From the IMG/VR virus record IMGVR_UViG_3300020037_009644, positions 89,448 to 153,447 of that record: a stretch of DNA of 64,000 bases; one strand, written 5' to 3'. The notes under the pieces are model-generated. The model saw nothing but the letters and a program-made list of their open reading frames with translations, was not told where the DNA came from and made no database searches. Position numbers and translations under genes: made by a program. Positions within the stretch are counted from its first letter, which is position 1. The number at the start of each line of letters is the position of its first letter. Positions 48,036 through 57,800 of the stretch are shown here, one piece after another. This DNA is from a virus. Taxonomy: Duplodnaviria > Caudoviricetes.

Positions 48036-48797
48036 CTAAAGTCCAAAATCTTTTAGCGAATAATTTCCCGGTTGTCGCATTTCTTTAAGCGGACCGTCAT
48101 AAGATAAAAGATGTGATAAGGTTGGTGATTTAAGAATTTCTGCTGTGTCATGAAGAGCGTCATCAATATAACATTTGTTGCTCATAAGAACGCAAGCCTG
48201 AGAATAATCTAAATGTCCCAAATTATGAGCTCCATCATCTCCGTTTTGATATGCGAATAATCCGTTTCTAGTTCTAGGGGCTCCCTGATAACCTTTTGTT
48301 AAATATAATCCGTGGTTTACTGCTTCCGGACCACCTTGTCTCATCTGATGATAATCCAACTGCTTAGAAAGACACCAGCTTTTCCATCCCCCGAAAGAGA
48401 AGACCCCATACTGAGTCGCTCCAGCTTTGACAAGATAATCAACTTGTTCAACGAGTCTGTGAGGTAGTCCCATTGTTTTGTCGGCAACCCAATCTGGATG
48501 AGTTATCGCCGAAATTTTTACATCAGCCTGAACAAACATTTCATCTAAGACCTTGGTTGTCGGAAGTAGACAATTGAGATGATCTGCAAGAAGTTGTTGG
48601 CTTGTTGCCGAAACCATCACCGGAATTGGATCCGCTTCGGTGCCAATCATAAAAAGCGGGCAAACGCTAATTTTAAGGTTACCGATTGTAATAAAATGCC
48701 AACTTGCCAGATGATGATCGTTGATAGTTGTATTAAGAACTATTTTTTGATATTCGTGATCATTTTTGGCACTTCGTAGTTTTTCTTTGAGATTCAT
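48036..48797 (-). CDS. Conserved-looking hypothetical protein, possibly a cell-wall enzyme (253 aa)
   Basis: 'CLLPTTKVLD', 'GWKSW', 'NHGLY', 'HNLGHLDYSQ' look like conserved motifs; function not established. Confidence 0.4.
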   Translation of the reverse strand: MNLKEKLRSAKNDHEYQKIVLNTTINDHHLASWHFITIGNLKISVCPLFMIGTEADPIPVMVSATSQQLLADHLNCLLPTTKVLDEMFVQADVKISAITHPDWVADKTMGLPHRLVEQVDYLVKAGATQYGVFSFGGWKSWCLSKQLDYHQMRQGGPEAVNHGLYLTKGYQGAPRTRNGLFAYQNGDDGAHNLGHLDYSQACVLMSNKCYIDDALHDTAEILKSPTLSHLLSYDGPLKEMRQPGNYSLKDFGL

Positions 48798-48817
48798 ATT
48801 GTTATTTCTTCTTATCG

Positions 48818-49657
48818 CTAGACAAGAAGCTGTTTTACCAGGCTATCAATTCCCTGGCTGATCGCTAGCCCAGGTCGTTTGACATTTTCCTTACCATCGA
48901 TTAGGTTAAGAAAGTTTTGAATCGAATTTTCCAAGGCTGATTTTGAAGAGATTTTTTGCTCTTTATCGTTTTTGAGGAGAATGTCTTTGCCCGATTCGAA
49001 GTCTCGATAGTAACGTAGGCTTTTGCCACGACGAAGAGAAATATTAAAATCACGAATACGAGGAACCTCTGGTGAAAAATTTCCGGTTGTAACCTTGTGG
49101 TCGAAGTTTTGATAGGCAAGATTAAATGTAAAGACTTCAGATTGATCTTGATTAATTATTCGACTCTCTAAAAATGGCAAAGGGAGACCCCTGGTTAACC
49201 AAATGCTCATTGCTAGGTCGTGAACTCCATAATCCCAAAGAGAGCTGTAGTTTCTAATTGGACCCTGACCTCTACCGATCGATTCGATCCCGACAATACG
49301 ATCAACCTCTAGGGTTTGGTAAATTTTATCGAAAGCACTGGAAAAAAGATGAATGTAATCGACGATCACATTTGTTGGGTTGAGAATTTCAAGTTGAGTT
49401 AGTTCGACCATCTTTAGAGAAAGAGGCTTTTCAATCAGAAGCGGCTTGTCAATTTGCTCCGATAATATTTCTGATGCAATTGAAATATGAAATTCTGGCT
49501 GAGTTGCGATGATAACTCCGTCTGCTTGAGCAGCTAGCTCAAGATAATTTTCTCGAGTGGCGATGGAGAGATTAACCTTGGGGAAAAATGACTGCAAACA
49601 AGTTGCAATTTTTTTACCCCAGACTCCGTGACCGATCAAACAGATGGATTGGGTCAT
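48818..49657 (-). CDS. Gfo/Idh/MocA-family oxidoreductase (279 aa)
   Basis: 'LIGHGVWG', 'IEKPL', 'WDYGVHDL'. Confidence 0.85.
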   Translation of the reverse strand: MTQSICLIGHGVWGKKIATCLQSFFPKVNLSIATRENYLELAAQADGVIIATQPEFHISIASEILSEQIDKPLLIEKPLSLKMVELTQLEILNPTNVIVDYIHLFSSAFDKIYQTLEVDRIVGIESIGRGQGPIRNYSSLWDYGVHDLAMSIWLTRGLPLPFLESRIINQDQSEVFTFNLAYQNFDHKVTTGNFSPEVPRIRDFNISLRRGKSLRYYRDFESGKDILLKNDKEQKISSKSALENSIQNFLNLIDGKENVKRPGLAISQGIDSLVKQLLV

Positions 49658-50097
49658 TTGTTAGGAGCTTTTAGAGATAAGCCAATTGTGTTAATAGCAG
49701 CCCCGTACCCCACAACTTCCCCAACACAAGTTTTAGGATCTGCGTTAAAAATAACTCCTAAAAACTCTGGATCTGCGTAATATATTTTTTGACCTTGTAT
49801 CTCGACGAAACCTACTGTCAATAAATCTTTAGCCTCGAGATCTAGATTGGAAATATGAGGAAGAGCTGCGATAAACATTTCTTCAATATCTTTTTCTGAT
49901 ATTGGTTCTTTTCTTGGATTAATTTTGATAACATCATCATTATCTTCTAAATTTATTGTGATACGAGTAATTGACGTTATTCCATCTTGGTCTAAAATTA
50001 TTGTGGTGTTTTCAAAAGCTGAATAATCAAAACAATAATGTGGTAAAATTCTTCCATTTGAAAAGTCGTTGATTAGTAAATCTGTTAAATGTTTCAT
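49654..50097 (-). CDS. Hypothetical protein (147 aa)
   Basis: AAGGA SD; ATGA-coupled to the reductase. Confidence 0.6.
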   Translation of the reverse strand: MKHLTDLLINDFSNGRILPHYCFDYSAFENTTIILDQDGITSITRITINLEDNDDVIKINPRKEPISEKDIEEMFIAALPHISNLDLEAKDLLTVGFVEIQGQKIYYADPEFLGVIFNADPKTCVGEVVGYGAAINTIGLSLKAPNK

Positions 50098-50110
50098 ATG
50101 CGTTTATTCC

Positions 50111-51073
50111 TTAAATCCATTGGTTGTATTTTTCAAAATTGTCTTTATACCAGTCTATTGTTAATTTCATCCCATCCTCAAAAGAATATTTTGGTGACCA
50201 GCCCAGAGATTTGATTTTATCAAAGTTGATTGAATATCTAAAATCGTGTCCCTTGCGATCTTCTATGAATTTGATTTTTGGATTGGTAACTCCTAATTGA
50301 TTAGCAATGTAGTGAACCATTTCAATGTTTTCCATTTCAAAACCAGAACCTACGTTGTATATCTCTCCGCATTTTCCAGATAATAGGGCGGTCATTATAC
50401 CTTCGCAATTGTCGTCAACGTATTGCCACTCTCTAATATTTTTGCCGTTGCCGTGGATTGGAATGGCAATATCTTTGAGAAGATTGCAGATGATTCTAGG
50501 AACAAGATTGCGCGGTGGTTGTCTTGGACCGTAGCAATTACAACTTCTAGAAATCACCCAAGGTAGTCCGTGAGTTTCACCAGCTGCTTTGACCATAAGT
50601 TCAGCCGAGGCTTTAGACGCACTATATGGATTTCTAGGGTTTATTGGATCATTTTCATTCCATTTATGCGATTTTTCAGATTCTTTGAAATGTCCCATCA
50701 CCTCGTCAGTAGAAATAAGCATGTATTTCTCGACGTTATACTTAATTGCTTTATCAATCATAACCTGGGTAGAAGTTATGTTGTTATATGTAAAATCACA
50801 AGCATACTTGATACTGTCATCCACATTAGAAGATGCATGAGCTTGTAAAACATAATTTGGTCTTTCAATATCAAAAAGATTATCCATGAATAATTGATCG
50901 CCACAATCACCCAGATAAAATTTATGACGCGGATGTTCGAATAAATTATTCAAGCTATATTTTTCAATAGCTTTATCAACACAAATAAATTGTATTTTTG
51001 GATATTTGTCAATTGTATTTCTAATGAAGTTGCTAAAAATGAATCCAAGACTGCCACTAAGAAGTATTTTCAT
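50111..51073 (-). CDS. rmlB: dTDP-glucose 4,6-dehydratase (320 aa)
   Basis: 'SNVDDSI', 'ISTDEV', 'PYSASKA' (YxxxK), 'NCYGPRQ', 'GNGKNIREW', 'DRKGHDFRY'. Confidence 0.9.
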   Translation of the reverse strand: MKILLSGSLGFIFSNFIRNTIDKYPKIQFICVDKAIEKYSLNNLFEHPRHKFYLGDCGDQLFMDNLFDIERPNYVLQAHASSNVDDSIKYACDFTYNNITSTQVMIDKAIKYNVEKYMLISTDEVMGHFKESEKSHKWNENDPINPRNPYSASKASAELMVKAAGETHGLPWVISRSCNCYGPRQPPRNLVPRIICNLLKDIAIPIHGNGKNIREWQYVDDNCEGIMTALLSGKCGEIYNVGSGFEMENIEMVHYIANQLGVTNPKIKFIEDRKGHDFRYSINFDKIKSLGWSPKYSFEDGMKLTIDWYKDNFEKYNQWI

Positions 51074-51990
51074 ATAAATTTCTCAAATAGTGTAGGTAAT
51101 ATACTTATTAATTTCCTACCAAAATATTTTGTTCCATTTATTCTAAGAAGATTAATTTTTTCGTCAATACAATATTTACTTAAAGATGTATCTCTAATTA
51201 TTTGTTTTTCAAATCTCACATTTGCATCTTCTTCTGACATTCCTCCGAATCTAATTGGTTTAAAATGTTGCGCTCCATCGTATTCAACAAAAGTATTAAA
51301 ATCAGTTAAATAAAAATCTATTTTGAATTTTTTATTACTAATCTTACAAGGAAATTGAGGTTCAAATTTTATATTATTTTCAATCAAAAAATCTTTTATT
51401 CGACCCTCATTTTTACTTAATGGTGGGGTACAGTTAATACAGCCTCCAATAGATTTTATCAAAACACTTGGTAGTGACTTCCATACCCTTTGACACAAAA
51501 GGCATTTAAAATTGATATGTGTCTTGCAATTAACATAATCATCTATTCTTACAATGTTTTTATGAATTATTTTATTATCTATGTCTTCATTAGTCACCCT
51601 CGCTCTTTTAGAACACTTCGGACAACCATAATTTTTAAATATATTTGAAGGAAGACCCTTCCAAGCATAATTACAAGCTTTACATTTTAAATCAACCTTT
51701 ATTTTATAACATTTAACGTCACTTGTTCTTATGAAGCATTTATCTTTTATTCTTTCATCAAATATTTCATTTGTAATTTTTATTTTTTTATTACATTTTG
51801 GACATTTGGTGTGACCGTTGCATATATCTTTTGATAAACATTCAAATTTGTATTCGCAAATTTTACACTGAAACAATAATTTTGTTTTTGCATTTACATA
51901 ATTTCCAATACGAATTATGTTTATTTTTTTTCTCAAAATATGATTATCAATATCAGAATTAGTCAATTTAACATTTGATTTATATTTCAT
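51070..51990 (-). CDS. Zinc-ribbon-repeat endonuclease with C-terminal DUF559/Vsr-like domain, putative homing endonuclease (306 aa)
   Basis: Three CxxC...CxxC repeats; 'IDFYL...VEYDGAQH...RD...LLRI'; very AT-rich. Confidence 0.8.
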   Translation of the reverse strand: MKYKSNVKLTNSDIDNHILRKKINIIRIGNYVNAKTKLLFQCKICEYKFECLSKDICNGHTKCPKCNKKIKITNEIFDERIKDKCFIRTSDVKCYKIKVDLKCKACNYAWKGLPSNIFKNYGCPKCSKRARVTNEDIDNKIIHKNIVRIDDYVNCKTHINFKCLLCQRVWKSLPSVLIKSIGGCINCTPPLSKNEGRIKDFLIENNIKFEPQFPCKISNKKFKIDFYLTDFNTFVEYDGAQHFKPIRFGGMSEEDANVRFEKQIIRDTSLSKYCIDEKINLLRINGTKYFGRKLISILPTLFEKFI

Positions 51991-53248
51991 CTATCACCTT
52001 TAAATTTGGCATAGGAATTATCCATTTGCCTGTAAAATATTTATTGTTTTCAATTATTGAATCTGCAAAATTCCAAGCGCCAATAAGCATGTAATCTACA
52101 GGGTTATTTTTCATATATTCAACACCAACAATTTTAATATGAGTACCTGGCGTTAGCTTATTTATTTTTAATGCGTTTTCCTCTACAACATATTTAACTA
52201 TAGTCTGATCCATTCTAAGATGAGAAAACATTGTAGTTATTTTTGCTGGAGCACCAAACATAGCAATTGATTTATTTTCTTTTTTAAGCAATGAAAACAA
52301 TTCATGAATATTATTTTTTTGAGTCTCTATAATTTGTTTGAATTGTTCTATTTTATCATCTATATTATTTTCATTTTTTAATGTATTCAAATGATTTTCA
52401 ATATCAAGATTATAGCCTTCTTTAATAATTGTTGAAATATCAGAATCTTTATGTTTAACAAAAACCCTAATGTTTCCGCCCTGACCACAAACTCTTTCAG
52501 AATGAAAAATTGACAAATTCATTTTTCCAAAGAAATAATTCAGCGGTTTAAGCATGTGATAGTGCAAGTGCTCATGGTATATCGTGCTTAAGTTTCCTTT
52601 TTCTAAAATATCAATTGCGTAATTAACTTCAAAAACAAAAGCTCCGTCTTTTCTTAAAATCTTTTTGATGCCTTTTACGATTGTTTCCAAATCTGAATTA
52701 TGAGCGAAAACATTATTTGCAATTACAATCTTTGCACTATTCCTAAATTCCCACATTCTAGATAGCTTATTTGCTGTACTTTCATTAAAAAATTCAGAAA
52801 TAGTTTGTATATTTTTATTATTTGCTATCTCGCAAATGTTTTCCGCTGGATCTATTCCAATTAAATGATTCAAATTTATTTCTTTGAATTTTTCCAACAA
52901 GGTACCGTCATTAGATCCTATTTCGAAAATTAAAGTAGAATCATCTAAATTAAACATTTCATTAATTTGATTTGCATAATTTCTGAAATATTCATGATTT
53001 GCGAAGCTTGTTCCAGATAGATAAGAATAATTTTGATATAGTCTTTTTTGATCTACGATACAGTTTAATTGAATGTGCCCACAATCAACTTTATCTCTGC
53101 ATTGTGTTAACGTTAATGGGAAAACATCTTGTTTAGTTGGGTATGTTGGATATTCGTTTGCAAGAGCTGTTTCTCCCAATTCTAAAATTGGATATGTTTT
53201 GTTTCCGCAGAGAAGACATTTTTCGATGATGGTGTAGTTCGAACTCAT
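51980..53248 (-). CDS. NDP-sugar C-methyltransferase (TcaB9/NovU/EryBIII family) (422 aa)
   Basis: N-terminal Zn site (CLLCG...C...CGHIQL), 'EIGSNDG', 'GIDPA', 'NVFAH', 'IYHEH', 'GAPAK', 'PGTHI', 'AWNF'. Confidence 0.9.
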   Translation of the reverse strand: MSSNYTIIEKCLLCGNKTYPILELGETALANEYPTYPTKQDVFPLTLTQCRDKVDCGHIQLNCIVDQKRLYQNYSYLSGTSFANHEYFRNYANQINEMFNLDDSTLIFEIGSNDGTLLEKFKEINLNHLIGIDPAENICEIANNKNIQTISEFFNESTANKLSRMWEFRNSAKIVIANNVFAHNSDLETIVKGIKKILRKDGAFVFEVNYAIDILEKGNLSTIYHEHLHYHMLKPLNYFFGKMNLSIFHSERVCGQGGNIRVFVKHKDSDISTIIKEGYNLDIENHLNTLKNENNIDDKIEQFKQIIETQKNNIHELFSLLKKENKSIAMFGAPAKITTMFSHLRMDQTIVKYVVEENALKINKLTPGTHIKIVGVEYMKNNPVDYMLIGAWNFADSIIENNKYFTGKWIIPMPNLKVIDEI

Positions 53249-53251
53249 ATC

Positions 53252-53710
53252 TTAAAATTCAACACGTTCTAGAGTCTTTTCGTGGTTTTCGTGCGTCCTG
53301 GTGCTATTATTTAGAGAAAGCATAACGCAATCTGTGATGAAACAAGTTTTATGGACTTTCCACGGGGCGGTAAAAATCATTTGTCCGGCTGTATATCGAA
53401 CTGGTTTAATGTCTTTGCCATCTTGCTCTAGATCTCTTTCGTAATAATCGCACTCTCCGCTGATTAAATACAAATAATGAACATCGGGATGTCGGTGATT
53501 TGATCTCGTGCTCCCTGCTTTACTTTCAATTAAAGCCACCGAATCTAATTTTCCGTAAAATAAATTAGCTATTTTACCAGCATCATTAACAAATTCCGAA
53601 GGCATTGGAACGTTCGGATTTGTTGGGTAGTTTTTTAATTCAACGGATTTTATATAATCAATGTGACGTTGGTCAATTTCTTCTCTGGTTAATTCTTTTT
53701 TGGTCATCAT
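53252..53710 (-). CDS. Cupin, probable NDP-sugar epimerase/isomerase (152 aa)
   Basis: 'GSTRSNHRH...YLYLISG...APWKVH'; adjacent to the C-methyltransferase. Confidence 0.7.
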   Translation of the reverse strand: MMTKKELTREEIDQRHIDYIKSVELKNYPTNPNVPMPSEFVNDAGKIANLFYGKLDSVALIESKAGSTRSNHRHPDVHYLYLISGECDYYERDLEQDGKDIKPVRYTAGQMIFTAPWKVHKTCFITDCVMLSLNNSTRTHENHEKTLERVEF

Positions 53711-54846
53711 GTGCTTTCTTTTTGTTTAAATGAAATGATTTTATCTTCTAGCATTTTACTAATTTTATTCCAAGAGTGCTCTAATGCAAAAGACCTAGCT
53801 TTTTTATTTATATCTTCTCTGTACGTTTTATCTGTAAGAGTTTTTACAGCTAACTCTATAAAGGCTTTTTGATTTTCAGCGCGAGACATTGGGGAAGGAA
53901 CCATACTTACCACTCCTTGATATAAATCTTGTAAACAATCTTCTCCGCAAATAACCGGAGCGCATTCTGCGCTACAGCCTTCGATTGTTGAAATGGAAAA
54001 GCCCTCCGTGAATGCAACTGTTGAACAAGGAAAGGCAAATAATTCCGCTTTAGATAAAGCTTTGATAATTTTTTTCTTAGAAGATGATCCAATAAAATTG
54101 ACCCCCAAATGTTTCATTCTTTTTGAAGCTTCTTTGATATAGACTATTCTTTTTGCTGTTTCCAAAACATCTATATGTACATTTGGATTTTTATCAGCTT
54201 CATAGTCTTCAAAAACTCCTTCTGGAATTTTGTAATAGATATCTAATGTAGCATGAGGTACTTGTTTTTTTATTTCTGGAAACATTGAAAGAAGCCAATG
54301 TAGACCCCTATCTCCAGACGACGTTGAAATTATTTTTCCAGGAGTTTTTTCATCGGCGATATAAACATCTGGATCAGTTCCGTCTGGAACAATGGACCAT
54401 AGATGATGTTTTTCTTTTGAAATGAATTGTTTATGATGTTCTAAATGACCATTGGATGGACTTATGAAAAAATCTGCCAAATCTTCCCAATCTTCTGGAC
54501 AATAACTGAATCCATTTAACTGATGAGAATGAATTTTAGTTACACCTTTTGGTAAGCCACGTAACATTTCTGGTTCACTTATTGTAATTGCAGCATCATG
54601 ACTTTCGTCAATTATTTCCAATCTTTTTTTGAAATCATAGACTTTACAACCTTCCCATTCTGTTGGCTGATTAGGTTGTAAAGTGGTAAAAAGATTTACA
54701 TTATGACCAAGTTTTTTGAATGATTTGGCTAGTTCGAAAAAAATTAAATCAGAACCAGACAAACCTCTGTCGTTCGTATATGGATCTATAAATGACAAAG
54801 GATTATGAGCAGAACAAAAAGGACCTAAAAATAAATCAATTATCAT
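53707..54846 (-). CDS. GT4-family glycosyltransferase (379 aa)
   Basis: 'GLSGSD...LAKSFKKLGHNV', 'SSGDRGL', 'FPC...EGFSISTIEG'. Confidence 0.85.
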   Translation of the reverse strand: MIIDLFLGPFCSAHNPLSFIDPYTNDRGLSGSDLIFFELAKSFKKLGHNVNLFTTLQPNQPTEWEGCKVYDFKKRLEIIDESHDAAITISEPEMLRGLPKGVTKIHSHQLNGFSYCPEDWEDLADFFISPSNGHLEHHKQFISKEKHHLWSIVPDGTDPDVYIADEKTPGKIISTSSGDRGLHWLLSMFPEIKKQVPHATLDIYYKIPEGVFEDYEADKNPNVHIDVLETAKRIVYIKEASKRMKHLGVNFIGSSSKKKIIKALSKAELFAFPCSTVAFTEGFSISTIEGCSAECAPVICGEDCLQDLYQGVVSMVPSPMSRAENQKAFIELAVKTLTDKTYREDINKKARSFALEHSWNKISKMLEDKIISFKQKEST

Positions 54847-57800
54847 TGTTGACTTGGCTTTCCATTAACGAATGCTGGTGTTGGTTGATAAGGCGGCATC
54901 GGATTTGTCTTTGCCCATTCAATTTCTTCGTGAAACATTTTCTCCCAATCAGAAACAAGGGTATTGATTTCGAAGTTTTCTTTGGCGTAAGCTAATTGGA
55001 TCTCTGCTTTTTCTTGATCGAAATTATCGAGAGCTTCGGTAATTAAAGAAACTGCTTTCTCTCTATATTCTTCGGAAAAACAATCTCCTTCGATGAGCGC
55101 CCCGATGGAGGCGGTCTCTGAAAGAGCTGCTTTATCTGTACAAACGACGCGGCATCCGGCAGCAAGAGCTTCCATTGCAGAAATGCAACTGGATTCAGTG
55201 AACCAAGTTAAATGCGTCCAAACTCCAGCCGAAAGCATTTCATCAGCCAACTGGTTTTGATTAACTCTTCCTCGAAGATGAACTCCGAGATGAGCCAAAG
55301 ATTCTGCCTTGTTTTTCATTCTTTGAATTTCAGTAGCCAATCCTGGATTTTGAGTTGCCATTACCTCGGCATTGTTGAACCCGTAAAATAAATGGAGTTC
55401 AGCATCTGGAACTTTTTCTTTGATTTTCGGAAAGATGTCAAGAATAGTATCCCAGCCACGATCCGGCGATGATGTTACGACAATTTTCTTTGGATTGCGG
55501 ACGATGTTTTTATTTTCAAAGCGAGAACAATAGATTCCATTTCTAGTCTGTCTCAAATGTTCGGAATGAAGGTTGTGACCCTTTTGAAGGTAATCAACGT
55601 GCCACCTCGAGAGACCCAAAACTTTATTGGCTTTGAGAAGAAGTTTGCCGGAAGCATTGACCGCAACAACGTCATGGCAATGAAGAAGTTTAATTTTGGC
55701 GGTGACATTGTAATCGTCGTTGAGCATGTTGGCGAAACGACTCACAACCAGAACATCACAGGTTAGGTTTCTGAATTTGTCAGATGTGTAAAATCTAGCT
55801 CCGTCAAAAATACCCTCGACGTCAGGAGAGGTTCCGTAATAAACACGGACTTTATGTCCAAGCTTCGCCAGACCTCGAGCCAGGGCGGATTCCATATATT
55901 CTGATCCGCCAATACCGTTAACCTTGATCGATTCTGGAGTCCACTGCTCTAATCCATTTCCAACAAAGAAAATAATATCAAGAGGCTTGTCGTTTTTCGG
56001 AGCATTTTGATCAAGCCAAGATTCGACGAAAACATTACCTTGCCCCGGAACATCGGAATTTGGAGAACAGAAAGAGACGAAGCTTTGATCTACGTAAAAT
56101 CCGCTTTCTTCCAATTGCTTGACGACGCTCCATTGGGTTGGGGCGACGAGATGATTTCTGGGTTTTCCCGAATTCCAAGGCTCGTTTTTATCTTTGCCGT
56201 TGACCCACGGATCCGCCAATGGGACAAATTTACCTCGCATCCATGATTTATACGGGGTGACCAATAGAAACTTGCCAGACTTCTTATTCAGCATTTTTCT
56301 GGCTGGTTTGAACATCTCGGTAATCGGATCGAGAAGATGCTCATAAGAATCCGAGGTTGTGACGTAATCCTGAGATCCATCCTCGACGTGCTCGTTGGCG
56401 TCTTTGAAATAAGTTACAACATGCTTGGCTCCGGTTCCAAATTCTTGAGATTTGGAGTTTGCAAGAGCGACAGAGCTGTGACAGAGATCAAGTCCAATGA
56501 CCTTATATCCGAGAAGACCATATCTATTGGTAAAACACCCATCCATGCAGCCAAAGTCGACAAGAGATTTAGGAGCTGGATCGAGATGATTTTTGATGAG
56601 ATCGAAACGGTTTCCTTCTTGCCAGAAGAGTCCTCCTGGGAGAGGAACTCCGGATTCCTTCATTGGATCTCCGGGAGTGTTAAATTTCTCCATCAGCTTG
56701 GGATCTTTAATCCAATTGACCATTTGCTCCGTCGTTCGAAGGGCTTCCTCGATGGCGTAATTGTGACGAACTTCGACCGGAGCATTCTCAAGAAAAGAAA
56801 TGGCTGCCAAAATTTCATCGTGAAGAATGTATTGTTTCCAAATCAAAATAACCGAAGATTCCAATTGCTTATTGGAAAGTACGGCGGGAAGCTCGTGCTT
56901 ATCGTTTTCTTCTGGAATTGCCCAGGCTTGAGAATGAGGAGAGATCGCCGCTCCGAAGAAACTGTCTTCGGAAACGTCTTTCGGAGCAATATTTTTCTTT
57001 GCTGAATAAGAGGTGCCGCCGCTATCTCCGTCAAGAATGTTCATGATTTTCAAATATTGAGGTTCGGAAATTCCATGATTATACATGATTTCCTGTAATT
57101 CTTTATTTGCTGCTAATCGGTGAAAAGCTCTTTTATATTTTTCGAGATTGCGTCTGGTATTTTGATCATCAGGTCGAGCTTGAAGGGCTAATTCTGCCGA
57201 TCTAATTGCCCCGTTAATATCTCCAACGATTGAATAAACAATATTCAAAACATTGTGATATTCGTACTTTCTTTCCATCGGGTTGACGAAAAGCAAAGTG
57301 TTGGTAGGCGGAAGATTAAGTGCAATTTCGGCAAAATGAATTGATCGTTGAGCGTTGCGATATTGATCGATTCCCTTGATTGATTTCAGAAAATAAACCT
57401 GAGAAATGAGAAAATAAGCCTCTCCCCATTTTTCCTCGAGAGACGCTGCTTTGAAAGCCATTTCGAGACATTTGTCGTATTCGAGGTTGGAGAGATAATA
57501 CCTTCCTAGTTTAATACAAGCTTGATATTGTTCGTGAGACCAACCGCTTCTTTCGATATATTTTGTCAAATATTCGATCATCTTGTCATAATTGCCGACG
57601 TTACCATATTCCAATCCGGCGTAATACAGAATTCTGATTTCTGATTCGCCGTGCTTCGCAAGATATTTTTCGACAATACGAAGATTACGATTGGCTTCGA
57701 CAGCCTTGTCGCGACGATTATGAACAAAGACAACGTTGTGACAATTATCAATGGTTTCAATGTTATTCGAAAGAGTTCGGGGGTCTTCCGCCAGAATCCA

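Noticed and set aside
14276-51990. Group I introns or inteins housing the endonucleases
   Set aside because: All three endonuclease genes lie between intact genes with no room for intron core sequence.
56337-57005. 222-aa plus-strand ORF and the many other short antisense or alternate-frame ORFs
   Set aside because: They shadow long motif-bearing minus-strand genes and have no recognisable features.
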